From contig NC_068981.1 of assembly GCF_001194135.2 (NCBI RefSeq), forward strand, positions 160,621,728 through 160,670,459: a stretch of 48,732 bases of DNA. The letters are read 5' to 3'. Below the pieces are notes generated by a model that saw only the letters and a program-made list of their open reading frames with translations, did no database searches and had not been told where the DNA came from. The position numbers were made by a program, and so were the translations under genes. Origin of the DNA: Octopus bimaculoides (taxonomy: Eukaryota). Positions 21,736-34,600 of this stretch are shown here, in pieces (positions within the stretch are counted from its first letter, which is position 1; each line of letters opens with the position of its first letter).

Positions 21736-24699
21736 GTTAGTTTCTGTGGCCAGTAAACTCCATCTTTCACTTACCGTCTCTCTACACCCCCCTGTTGAGC
21801 TAGGGACTGATGTTATGCAGCCTGCACCGTTATTGAGTTCAATGTAAGTCCCCAACTAAGCAACAGTTAATTATTATCATTCATCTTCTATCTTCTCCAT
21901 TACTAAACAGATGTTCAGTGAATAAATCCATGAATTATTTGATTATGCTTTTTGCCATCTTGGCTTGACAAGGAAATATTTTAATTTTAAAGAAATTAAC
22001 TAATATTAAATGTTCCTTATTGAATTTACCAAGTGCTGTTGGTCAACTAAGATTGGAAATATTTTAACGGAATTGTTTTTGTCCTCTTGACTAGGACACC
22101 AGGTAATAGCACATTTGGTAGAGTGGTTGGACAGGAATTACAAGGTTTCCAGTTTTAAAATGTCTCTTGTTTTCCGATAGAGTCACTTCCAAATTCTCAT
22201 ATTTGTGAGTATCATTACAATGCAAGGGAAAACATATGTTGATGATGAATATGAAAAAAATCCTAAATTGTGTAGTTGGCAATAAAGAGTATATATATTG
22301 TGCCATTCACTATTTTAACAGAATGATTAACTCAAGTAAATCTTTACAATTACTTACTCTTTATATATGATGCTACAAGCTTGCAGAGTAGCATTATTTG
22401 AATGCCACCTTCATTATTCTTCTGTTTGTCATGATTAATTTAAAAGCTGATACCTATGAAATATCCTGTTTATAACCACAAAACTTAGCCAACACACTGA
22501 GTGCAGGCTGGTTATTACATCTACCACCGCTCCTGGTTATAAATCTATTCTCTTTTTCATTTTCATATGAGATATTCAAAAGACATGGTAAATTGACGAT
22601 CTGAAATATTTCCTCATTTGCTTTCATTATTATTCATTTTAACTGTACTAAGAGTGTTGTTCATTTTTATTTCTTTGTGTATTATATTATTTTGTTGATC
22701 GAGCAACCATTTTTTAGAGCAGTTACCACAGAAATTATAGGTAAGTGAGTGTTGGTTATTGAAACTTCAATAAAATATTATTAAAAATTTATGAACAAAT
22801 ATTTTGTCTCAAATACTTTCTATACTTGATAGAGTGTAATGAATTATTATTAGTATAATATAATCATATTGTATATTATCAACAATGAATATTGGAAAGT
22901 ACCTATCAATGTAACTTTATTTTTTTCAATATTATGCTTCTTCACATTCATATGTTCCTTGTATGAAATATATGCTTAACTTAATATAAGTACATGCTCC
23001 TGTTTCAGCAGACAAAATAATTTACAGGTGTTAAAAAACCGTATTTCACACATCATAATTGGCTCTGGCTGCACCATGAAACAAAAGTAGTAAACCCTAT
23101 ATTACTATTTAAAACCTGAAGAATATTATTCATTATTGTAGTCTGCACTACTAACAAAGCCTTTGCTGTTACAAGTTGCCTCCAAACTTCAGAAGACTAC
23201 TTACAAGATCATCTGAAAGTTATTGCTACTTCTATCATGTCTAAGCAAAGTACATAAACACTCACATCAAAATAGTATACTGCCAGATACGTCACAGTTC
23301 ACAAAATTCAGTGTTGTGTTGCCAGTCTCCAGCAATGAAGTTTTGAAAATTTGAAGCCTGATATGCTCTGGTAAAATTCACTTTGCACATCTATATAGCA
23401 ACAGTAACCAAAATCTTCAGTCCTGCTCAAACAAGTTGCACAGCTAGGGAAAGAATCTCTTTCTCTCTCTCCCTCCCTCTCTCTCTCACACACACACACA
23501 CACACAGAAAAATATCCTAGAACCTATTGTGGCAAGCAGAGAATACTAAAGATTTTTTTTTATATTTGATATATTAAATCTATCTATATGCTATTGTTTT
23601 CAGATGTAAACTTCTTTTTTTTTTTTTAGCATAAGAACATTAACCTTCTCCATTTCATCTTTTTCTATCAGACAAACTTTTCAGTATTTTTTATTTCTTA
23701 TACAATTATATTTATCATTCTGTTGTTTTAGATATCCAACTTTGTTGGTTGTCTTATACATAACAAACATTTGCATTTATTTGCTCAGGACTAAATGTTG
23801 ATTTCTAAATAATATTTATGTACCACAATATCAATGATAGCAATTATAAAACCGAAGGAATGCATTTAAGAACAACTGATTAATGAAGAATGTTATACTT
23901 GGCTACTGGTATATTTTCTAGAATATTTTCATCATTAACTTTTTACTGGCTATATTTCAAATGAAATATACAGGCCATAGTTTCCAATTAATTCTGAAAA
24001 TAATTTAGAATTTGGAGAGATTTAATGAAATAACTAACATTATATTCATTAACTTGGAGTTTGGGACCTAACTTAAAAGTTTCTTATATGGAATCGTGAT
24101 AGAAGGTGATATGAATATTTGAAATCAAGATGTTTTAGTATCATAAAACCAAAGGTATCCTCTGTTGAATTGGAGCTGATTTGGAGAAGTCCTTCTTTAA
24201 AAGAAGGACTTCTCCAAATCTTACTATAAGCCTATGATAAAGATACACAACTATAAGTTGCTGGTGAAGATTATTATTATAATGATCACATCTCATATCT
24301 TTAAATTGCTCTCCTTTCTCAGTAGTTTCAGTTTTTCAGACTACCTTCAAATTCTGTACTAAGCAATTCTAATTTTTCAGGCAGAGCCTTTCTTTGGGGG
24401 GAAGAAAATAGAAGATTTTGGTTGAGATTGATAAGTTTAACAAAAAGAAGGATGGAAAGTCAAGCAAGCAATATAGTTGCTTGCAGAGATCACTGACTAG
24501 AGTGGAGGCAAATGAAAAAGGGGAATAGCAGAAAGAAAAACTGACAGATTTTTGTGTATAGGCATAACAAGCATGGTGATTCACTCACATGTGTATATTA
24601 TATATACATATACTTATATAAGTAAGGGTGAAGAATGAACATAGTTGTCTGTTCACACACAAGCATGACCATTGATACAAGTGTAAAGATAAAGGTAAG

Positions 24700-24985
24700 G
24701 TAAAGACTCTCTTCAGTCATGAATGACCATGGGATTGCATGTGTGTGTGTGTGTAGAAAGTTATCTTCTGAGGCACAAGTCCAAGTAAGGTTGTTTATGG
24801 AAGACCAGCAGTCGCCCATGCATACCAGCCTCCCATCTCCAATGCCACCAATGTTATTCAAGGGGAAAACAAAGGCTGTTACAACTTGGCACCAGTGACA
24901 TTACAACTCATTTCTACAGCTGAGTGAACTGGAGTAATGTGAAATAAAGTGTCTTGCTCAAGAACACATCACACAGCCTGGTTTG
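24700..24985 (-). mobile_element. CORE-like SINE (family of 4495-4822) with an internal (TG)n insertion and missing head
   Basis: GTCATGAATGACCATGGGATTGCA...GGAAGACCAGCAGTCGCCCATGCATACC...GTGTCTTGCTCAAGAACAC. Confidence 0.8.
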
Positions 24986-26110
24986 GGACAAGTGTGTACA
25001 TGTTAGATATATACAAACACACACACACGGTATTTTTTCTCCTTAAAACTCGAAAGCTGCTGCTGCTTTACATAGCATAAATATATTTTACAATTGACAC
25101 TGTTCACTCATGTTGAATGACACTACACAAATTAACATAGGAGCTTCTATATATACTATGGCTGGAAATAAGCTAGTGTGTATGTTCACAGCTGAAATAC
25201 ATATTTTTGGTAACAAGTTTGCTTGATAAAAACGCACCTAGTGCTAACCACCAACTGCACGTCTGAAACTCTATGTGCTTGCTAGGTAAGCTTCTACTCA
25301 CAAATATTCTCCAACTCTTGTCTCACTATCAAGCTGTGTCTTTGTCACTCTCTTCCAAATATATATATATATGTATACATTGTCAGTAAATCATAAATCC
25401 ATATGAGAAGCACACTCTAAGTTATAGATCAGTAGAGTATTTAGAGCAAGTTATGGCTGGTTCATAGGGTTACCCAGGGTTTTGCATCCATAAAGTGCTT
25501 AGCCTTATCCTTTCTCTCAGGGTTCATAATCTTGCAAACTGGATGGTAACCTCAGTAGTGTTGCTGGCATGAAAAAACCACTCAATACATACTGTAAAAT
25601 AATTGGCATTAGAAAGGGCCGTAGAAACTGTACCAAAGTAGACATTGGAGCACAATGCAGTGTTTGAATTCTTCAGATCCTGTCAAACTATCCAATCCAT
25701 ACCAGCATGGAACATGGTAATTAAATGACATTGATGATGATTTTTACTGTAAGTGTGTGTGTATATATAAATAAAATGCTATATATATGTAAGATGTCTA
25801 TAAATGTGATCTGAGGCTGAAAAACTGAGAACGGATTCTTATTTTTTCTGTCTATCTGGACATATATATTTTGGGAAAATCTTAACAGTTTAAGTTTTAT
25901 TAAATTTTGTTTTGATATTTTCCCCCAAAACTCTGTTGCCTTAGCAACTGTGTATTCTTCTAATTCATGTGGGGGCAACGTGATAGGCAAATGATTCTTT
26001 TGTTGTTTTTTTTCTTCCAGAAACTATCTTTCAAGTAAATTCCAGTTTAATTTCTTAAAACATTGGTTTGTGATTGGAAAGGTTTGTCTTTTTTCTTTTC
26101 TTTTTCATAG

Positions 26111-26216
26111 AAACTCTGAAACACAAAAACCTAGATCATCGGATGCTGTTTCAAACACACAACCCAGTGTTAGTTTGATTCTACGAGCTGAGCCTACAGT
26201 CACAAGTATTCTCAAG
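26111..26216 (+). CDS. MED24: MED24 exon (NSETQKPRSSDAVSNTQPSVSLILRAEPTVTSILK)
   Basis: Matches QPNIQLILRAEPTVTNILK. Phase 2 to 0. Confidence 0.96.
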
Positions 26217-26281
26217 GTACCACTGCTTTACTCTTCCTTCTTTTCATTTAACTAGCTTTATGCAAATATATATATATACAT

Positions 26282-26465
26282 ATAAGAAAATGAGACGACA
26301 CAGGAATAAATGATTATCTTATAAACTTCATTAGCTTACAACTGTTTCTGCTTTAAGATGCAGGTACTCAACTATGAGTCCAGTGCATCTTATAAGCAGA
26401 AACAGCTGTAAGCTAAGAAAGTTCATAAAATAATCGTTTATTCCTTTATCATTTCATTTTCTTAT
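26282..26465. mobile_element. Foldback/MITE-like long inverted repeat
   Basis: Arms 26282-26362 and 26384-26465 pair (for example TTAGCTTACAACTGTTTCTGCT / AGCAGAAACAGCTGTAAGCTAA) around a loop of about 21 nt. Confidence 0.88.
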
Positions 26466-26587
26466 TACCACTCTGTACTTGATTAACATTTCATTCTGAA
26501 GCATATGTATATTGGGTTCTATACCAGGGTATTGGTTTCGCAATGCCTAAATGAAATATTAAAATGCAAATATATATATGTATATTG

Positions 26588-26973
26588 CGTAAAGAAGTAC
26601 TGATAACTTAAAGTGGAGGCAAGTTGTGGAAGAGGGAGCCCCAGAAAGACTTGGGACAAAGTATTGAAGGCTGATCTCAAGACGCTGAGCCTGACGAAGG
26701 AGATGACAGAGGACTGAGATATATGGCACATTGATGTATTCAAGACCCACCCACCACAACAAAATTGAGATCCTAAAAGCAGGGTGCCATATAAAAGCAC
26801 CCAGTACACTCTATAAAGTGGTTGGCATTAGGAACAGCATCTAGCTGTAGGAAGGGCTTCCATCCAAAACAGACTATGGAACCTGGTGCAACCCTTGGCC
26901 TAGCCAGTTCCTGTCAAGCCATCCAGCCCATGCCAGCATGGAAAACGGACGTTAAATGTTATTATGATGATGA
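26588..26973 (+). mobile_element. RTE LINE 3' end: ORF2 C-terminus remnant plus tail
   Basis: LKVEASCGRGSPRKTWDKVLKADLKTLSLTKEMTED resembles the RTE GRGRPRKTW motif. It continues into the CCCATGCCAGCATGGAAAACGGACGTTAAA(TGA)n tail. Confidence 0.8.
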
Positions 26974-29019
26974 AATATATACATAAATATAATTATTGTA
27001 ATTTATTTCAGTGATTTTCTGATGTGTTTTTGTGAAAGAGGATAATGTTATTTATAGCCAGGTTAAGAAACTTAACTGTCACATTCTAGTAATGTCTTTG
27101 CTGCTGAGGTAGATGATATACCCACTTATTTTTTGCTGCCCATATGTTTATTTTCCTTATCTACATTTTCATAAATATACAAATATACACTCTATCTTGA
27201 TATTTTACATTTAGTAGTTCTGCATTCGGAACTACTCTTCTCCTTATTTCATCTTTCTAAAACCCTTTGTTTTTTTAATATTATCTGATTATAAACAGAT
27301 TCATTGGCTTTTAACTAATTCTAATAGAAAATATTTTAGTTAGATTTTAAATTTTTGTCCCTGTTAGGCTCATATTTTTGGTACTAATGACTTTGCATTT
27401 TTTTTCTTATACATCTACATACATGACAACTTATTAATATATTTCTGACATTGAATATTAATTTACTTTTTCATTAAAAATTAATGAGATCTAAGATATT
27501 ATAAAATATTTTTAAAATATCAAACTGTCTTTAAAACACTTAGAACAAGATTAGCAATGTTTATCCCATCAAAATATATATTCTGTTATTGGTTTCAGTC
27601 ATTGCACAGTAGCCATGCTGGAGCATAGCCTTTGTAGGATTTTAGTTGGTCATCATGACCATAATGTATATTTTATGCCATAATTAATCCACTTCAACTA
27701 AATTCCATCAGACCCAGACAGGCATGGAAAAGTGGACATCAAAACAATGATGGTAATAAGTTGTAAATGGTAACAGTATTAAAATAACTTGTAGTTAACC
27801 CTTCTATGTTACTTGCACTGGCTAAAGGCAGTAAATGTATTAATTTGGAACAATGTAAATGAGAAAATTTAATGATAAAGGAAACTAAAGTGAAGTTGCT
27901 GTTGTTTTGCCCTAGGTTAGTCCTGGTTGAGCAGACTTATGATTGGTATGCTAGCCATGGCCATCCTGCCTTTACAGACATTTTTCTCTGTCACTTAATG
28001 AAAAAGGATGTCATGATTGTTTCTACAGCCTCTGAAACTAGTGGAAGGAAAAGAAGAACATGTCCTCATGCTGAAGATTTGATCCAAATACTATAAACAG
28101 TGAACTTGGTGAAAAACATCAAAAGGCCAGATGGAGCCAGGCAATGGATCAAGTCTATATAGTTTATCTCAGACTGTTCAGTATGTTCTTGCCATTTTAA
28201 AGACACTAGTGTGTCATTTGAGAAATTGGCTGCTATTTCTTGCAGGTTAACTAGCCATATAATAACAAATGGTAGCATATAATTTATAGATTCTCTAAAT
28301 GATAATGAAATCTGCTTTTCCACCATCAAATTTGGTACAAAAAATGATAGTTTCATGTTTTTACCAAAGTGCCCTTGAGAAAAATTCTTTTAGAGCTAGA
28401 CTCCCATATGTGTGTGTGTGAGGGCGTGTGTGTATATTCAGCAGTATCAGTGTCAAGCAGTTTTTAGGTGCAAGCAAACTTTAGGTGAGTTAAAATATCT
28501 TTGTGACATATTTCAACTTCTAAAGACAAATTCACTGCAGTTACCATGGAGAAACTTACCTAAAGTTCGCTTATGTCTTAACACTGCTTGGTGCTGGTGA
28601 CTGTTGAATTTCTTCTGGTCTGGCAGTCCCATGGTACAACTTAGTCAATGTTGCCCACTGTGTTTTAGTTAAAGCTACAACTTTAAAATCTGCCCAGAGT
28701 TACCTTTCTTCGGTATTTCCCATTGATAACCGCTAAAGAACTAGAAACACATCTGGGAATCCAATAGGGGGCAGCATTGGACAGATATGATGTTTTTACA
28801 CATTTTATTATAGAGATTTTTTTTCTTTTTCCGTGGTAACTGCAGTGAATTTTCTTTTAGAAGTTGAAATATGTCACAAACAAACATATTTGAATACCAA
28901 TAGAAATGATTGTGTAATATTGCAACATACTACATGTAATCTGTGTTCATTTCATCAGGTAAAAGGTCAAAAAACCAAAACATATACACACACATAGAAA
29001 GAGAGACTGCATTTTATTC

Positions 29020-29362
29020 TTTATATATTTCAGTCATTTGACTGCAGCCATACTGGAGCACCACTTTAAAGGGTTTTAGTTGAAAAAATTAACCCCAGGA
29101 CTAGTACTTATTCTCTTTGTCTCTTTGGCTGATCCGCTACAGACAGAAACACACACACATACATGTATAAATGTATATACATATCTATAGATATATATAT
29201 ATCTTTATACCTATAACAAATTTTTTCAATTGTTATTTTCATATTCTTAGTACTTGCTCTGGCTAATTTTTATGAATATGATGAATTTTTTATTGGAAAT
29301 TATTTTTTCTCTCTTTTTGGATCCTTCAGAAAGTTTGAATTGTTCTATTTAAACTTATTTTT

Positions 29363-29405
<43 letters not shown>

Positions 29406-29585
29406 TACATACAACACATACATATACTCGATGGGTGTTCTTCCAGTTTCTGACTACCAAATCCACTCATAAGGCTTTGATCAGACTGAGGCTATAGTAG
29501 AAGACATTTGCCCAAGGTGTCACGCAGTGGGATTGAACCTGGAACTATGTGGTTGGGAAGCAAACTTCTTACCACACAGCCATGC
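29020..29585 (-). mobile_element. Composite SINE family A (minus strand) with internal microsatellites
   Basis: Head GTGGTAAGAAGTTTGCTTCCCAACCACATAGTTCCAGGTTCAATCCCACTGCGTGACACCTTGGGCAAATG, and a 3' module ending TGGCTGCAGTCAAATGACTGAAA. Confidence 0.75.
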
Positions 29586-30817
29586 CTGTTTACTTTGAAG
29601 GTAAAATGTTTTCACATAATACACACAATGTATCCCATTATTGTGATGCCATTTTAAAGACTAAGATTCCTCAATCCTCATGGATTATGGAAAACTGCTG
29701 GAAAATCCAACCTTGTATTTGGAAAATGTGGAAAGAAAAGCAGACCATTTTTATATTTTGTTTCTAAAACAATACTTTAGATTTAATGTATTCAAGTGTT
29801 TTCTTAGGTTTGGTGGAAGTATCCTGTGTGGGTCAAGTCTGACTTTCTTTTTGGAACAACAAAGTGTTGGTGGTTCAACTTCCCATTTGTCAATCTTGAC
29901 AACTCCATAGAATTAGAACATTATAGGAGCCCATGTTCAGCTGAATGACATTAAGACTGCAAAACGTCTTAAAGATGGTAAAAAATGTCAGTGCCAGCGA
30001 TGTATTGGTTTGAGCCACTCATTGTTGTTCCAGACATCTATCCATTTCCTTCTGACTACACTCACATTCTCTCTTTCACACACACTGCATTGCATTGCAC
30101 TCTTGGTATGTTTCTTTGTATGGACTAAAGAAAATTTAGAAATTTTCATTTCAACAAATATATTGGAATTTGAAAATCCTATTGAAATAAATTATTGAAA
30201 TTTGTTTTAAGCTGAACAGAATATTGGATCTAATGTGTGCTTGACAGCATATTTTAGCTCCATTGAAATATAATATTAATTATAATCCTTTCTACTATAG
30301 GCACAGAGCCTGAAATTTGGGGGAGGGGACTAATTGATTACATCGACCCCCGGTGTTTCACTGGTATTTAATTTATTGACCTCAAAAGGATGAAATGCCT
30401 CTGAGCATTTTGTCCAGTGCGCTAACGATTTTGCCAGCTCGCTGCCTTGTTAATATTAATTATAATGATAATAAAATTACTTCAGATGGTGTGGTTCTTA
30501 TGTGGATAATGGTAATGAGTTCTTTAGTTTTGGCTAGGTTTGCTAGTTCATTAAAATATTACATCTTAAATATTAAATGTTATACAATTCATTTTGACTG
30601 GGACTTTGTTTCACCTGACACCTTATTCCACCTGTGAAGTAACATTTTCTTTTTGATAATTATATAGGAAAAAGAATGAAAAGGAGTGTTCAGGTAATAA
30701 ACCATCAGTCAAAACTTAAATTTCCAGTCAAAATGAATTTTAAAATAAATCTGAATTCACTTTAAGTATAGAGTCTCTTGATCAGTAAATATTCTGCTAT
30801 TATTAAAATTGCTTCAA

Positions 30818-31026
30818 GGTTGTGAGCTGGCAGAATCATTAGCACACTGGGCAACATTTCGTCTATTTTTATGTTCTGAGTTCAAATTCTGCCAAGGACG
30901 TTTCTTTCAGCCTTCCAGAGTCAATAAAATAAGTACTAGTTGAATACTGGTGGGGGCGGGGGGTCAGTGTAATCGACTGAACCCCCCCCTCCTTTAATTT
31001 CTGGCCTTGTGCCTATATTAGAAAGA
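30818..31026 (+). mobile_element. Family C SINE with long target-site duplication
   Basis: ATTATTAAAATTGCTTCAA occurs at 30799-30817 and 31027-31045; part of it overlaps the ATT-rich tail. Confidence 0.8.
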
Positions 31027-31107
31027 ATTATTAAAATTGCTTCAAAATAATGAACTTAAATTAACATTTAAATTAAATATCATTACATTCTGACTTAAAT
31101 CATTTTT

Positions 31108-31632
31108 NNNNNNNNNNNNNNNNNNNNNNNNNNNNNNNNNNNNNNNNNNNNNNNNNNNNNNNNNNNNNNNNNNNNNNNNNNNNNNNNNNNNNNNNNNNNN
31201 NNNNNNNNNNNNNNNNNNNNNNNNNNNNNNNNNNNNNNNNNNNNNNNNNNNNNNNNNNNNNNNNNNNNNNNNNNNNNNNNNNNNNNNNNNNNNNNNNNNN
31301 NNNNNNNNNNNNNNNNNNNNNNNNNNNNNNNNNNNNNNNNNNNNNNNNNNNNNNNNNNNNNNNNNNNNNNNNNNNNNNNNNNNNNNNNNNNNNNNNNNNN
31401 NNNNNNNNNNNNNNNNNNNNNNNNNNNNNNNNNNNNNNNNNNNNNNNNNNNNNNNNNNNNNNNNNNNNNNNNNNNNNNNNNNNNNNNNNNNNNNNNNNNN
31501 NNNNNNNNNNNNNNNNNNNNNNNNNNNNNNNNNNNNNNNNNNNNNNNNNNNNNNNNNNNNNNNNNNNNNNNNNNNNNNNNNNNNNNNNNNNNNNNNNNNN
31601 NNNNNNNNNNNNNNNNNNNNNNNNNNNNNNNN
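31108..31632. other. Assembly gap (others at 7927-8396, 14235-14251, 17343-17352, 48079-48314)
   Basis: Runs of N. Confidence 1.
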
Positions 31633-34600
31633 ATATATATATATATATATATATAAACATATATATATATATAAACATATATATATATATATAAACATAT
31701 ATATATATATATATATATGCACACACACATATTTATATTTCTCTCTCTTGTACCCTACCCATCTCTTACCCTCTCTGTTTAACCAGTCTAATCATGTACA
31801 TAAATCCTTCACGAGTACAGAAGATGTCTTTTTTATCTTGGTTGTGACTACAAATGATTTCTATTTAGAATTCTCTCCAACAATACTGAACCTTATACGC
31901 AATAAATAAACTAGAGTTAGGGCTGGATACAATAATTATTTGATAATCTAGTCTGATTCAGAATTACAAATTGTCTAACTGCATTCTTGAACTAATTACA
32001 TATAAAATCTTTACTTGCAGTGCATGCCATAAGTTTCTAAAACATTGTACTAACTTCTTAGAGTAGTCTACAATATGATTTCTTGTCCACTATTAGTATA
32101 AAAATTACTTTATTACATTCTTAGATTATTCTATTAATTTCTTAATTTACTCTAATTCAGCTGCTGTATTGTTGTATTTGTGTGCAGTTCATTATTCATT
32201 GACATGTAATTAGCATGTGCATATATGCATTCATCTGCAAATGTGTGCAGGTATCTTTCTATCATCCCTTTTGCTCTCTTTCATTTCTGTAAAAAGATAG
32301 ACCCTATCAATCCATCTATCTCAACAGGAGATATTACTTCAAGGCCTGTTACATTTCTAGTTCTGAATCTGTCGAAATCTGAAAAAGAGAACTTTGAAGT
32401 TTGGCAATATAGTTGCGTGAAAAAGAAAAAAAACGATGGTGAACATGGCTCAAATACTAGGTAGCAGTATGTTCCTTAAAAGTATGATAACACCAGGTAT
32501 TTTGCTTTATATTTTTAGTAGCTAAAATTTAGGAGTAATTATTTAGTTAGCTGTTATCTCTGTTCGTGACACATAACTTTTCTCCTTGTTATGGAAGGCA
32601 AACTATATAAGTCATTTAAAGAGTGTAATGCTACATAAGATTAAAATTTTAAAAGGCAGCAAGCTGGCAGGTTCATTAGCACACTGAGCAAAATACTTAG
32701 CAGTATTTCATCTGTCTTTATGTTCTGAGTTCAAATTCTGCCGTGGTCAACTTTGCATTTCATCCTTTTAGGTTCCCTAAAATAAATACCAGTTGAGCAC
32801 TGGGGTCAATCTAATCGACCTGTCCCCCTGAAATTGCTGGCCTAGTGCCAGAACTTGAAAGCAATATTAAAATTATGCAGTACATGTTGAAGACCAGTAG
32901 TGATTATTATATTATAAGAGAAGCAAGGCAGACAGTGTCTGTTTAATGTGTAAAAGCTGAAAGTGGAGATTAGTTGAAGAACTGCCAAGGCATGAAAAGC
33001 AATTCAGTGTTATGTTTCATGAAAGACAACTGCACTTTTAGGTGATGAGAAAGATGTTAGTAATAAAAGTAACCCAAGGAAAATACAGGAGGGTAATTCA
33101 CAAACAATATTTAAGCTGAAGACACATGGAAAGTTTCTACATAGCAAAACCCAGCTAATCACATGTCCAGTAGCTTAACTGCCATTTCACTCACTGCATT
33201 ATATCCACTTGGAGACCTATGTGATACTTATTGTAACATTGTTTAGTTACCTGTACAGATTCTACACACTTTCCTAAAGGCAAAAATGCATGAATTGAGC
33301 ACTGTAATGTTTTAGCACAAAGCCATAAATACACACGTGTGTGTGTAAATGTGATAAAATGAAAAAAATATGAAATTGAATTAGTAGTTGAAACACAGTG
33401 CCACATCTAGAGTAAATTTGATATTTATTTTAATATTCATATTTTCTATTGTACTTTGTGTGAATATCTTTGCATGTATATTAGATTACATTATTTTAAC
33501 TCTACTTTAGTGTACTGAGCACTCTATTGCATAAAAGTATACCAAAAGATACATTGGGAGATCTATAAATAAGTGTGTGTATGTGTGTGTATACATATAT
33601 ATATATATATGTATGTATATATTAATATTCTGTCTCATTGAGTCACTGAAACGCCATAGTAAACTCTGTTTTTACGTAGGGGCTAGAGCAAACCAGTTCT
33701 CTTTGCTAAATCTATGAAAAGATTGGAGCTGAGTAATGTAAACTTATAAAACACTTGCTAATGATGCAATAATTCCTGTTGCTTGTAGCAGTGAGGTGTA
33801 CTTCATCTATGGTATCTACTAACAATTAGGGGATCAGTGAAGTTAAGTATTAATGATTTCTCCTTTGCCAGAAACCATGTTTGTTACAGAATTTAAGACA
33901 TCAACCCTTCATCTGTTAGGCTTGTGCTTCACTGACTAAGCAATGTATGGTTTTTGTATGTATGTAAGGGGGTATAGTGACTGAGAAATCAAGGTACATT
34001 TCTCATGGTTATTTTTTTTTTCCTGGGTGGTCAACAGAAGTTATAAAATCACCTACATTTCAACAAGTTTGTACCATATGTATATGTAATCTCCTGAGTT
34101 AAATTTCAAATGATTTATGAAATAATTCATTCTCGCTAGAAACTTTTAACGTAATTTTAAGGTACCATGTTATTACAAATGTTCTCTCTCCAGCATTACC
34201 ATAATTATTTTGTATCTGCTGCACTCTAGATGAAAAAGGAATTCACTAGCACATATGCACACTTCTGCAGACCCAGTTAAATCCATTTCCCTGTTATTTC
34301 ACACTTTATATATCTTTTCATTGCCCATTCCCTACTCCAATGAAGTTATTTCTAACAGTCACCAGAAAACTGCAACTCAATCATGTTGAAATTTGCTATC
34401 TATTGTTATTCTTTTTCACATGCTCACATTGCACAGACTTCCTCTCTCTATGTAGCTCTATATAGTGTGTGTATGTGTAACACATGCTACTCTCCCCCTC
34501 TCTCTCTCTCTCTCCTCTCTTTCTTCCTTTTTCATTTCTATCTATTTCTCCCCATCTTTCCATCTGTCTTGATATTCAGTTATGGAACACAAGCAAGTAA

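Noticed and set aside
25192-25285. 94-nt AG...GTAAG block that would restore frame with the 23-nt microexon
   Set aside because: It contains an in-frame TGA and has a weak polypyrimidine tract.
27872-28356. ORFs 27872-28096 (+) and 28066-28356 (-) in the long intron
   Set aside because: There is no recognisable protein similarity. The minus ORF runs through a repeat tail, and the plus acceptor at about 27915 gives an immediate stop when joined to the preceding MED24 exon.
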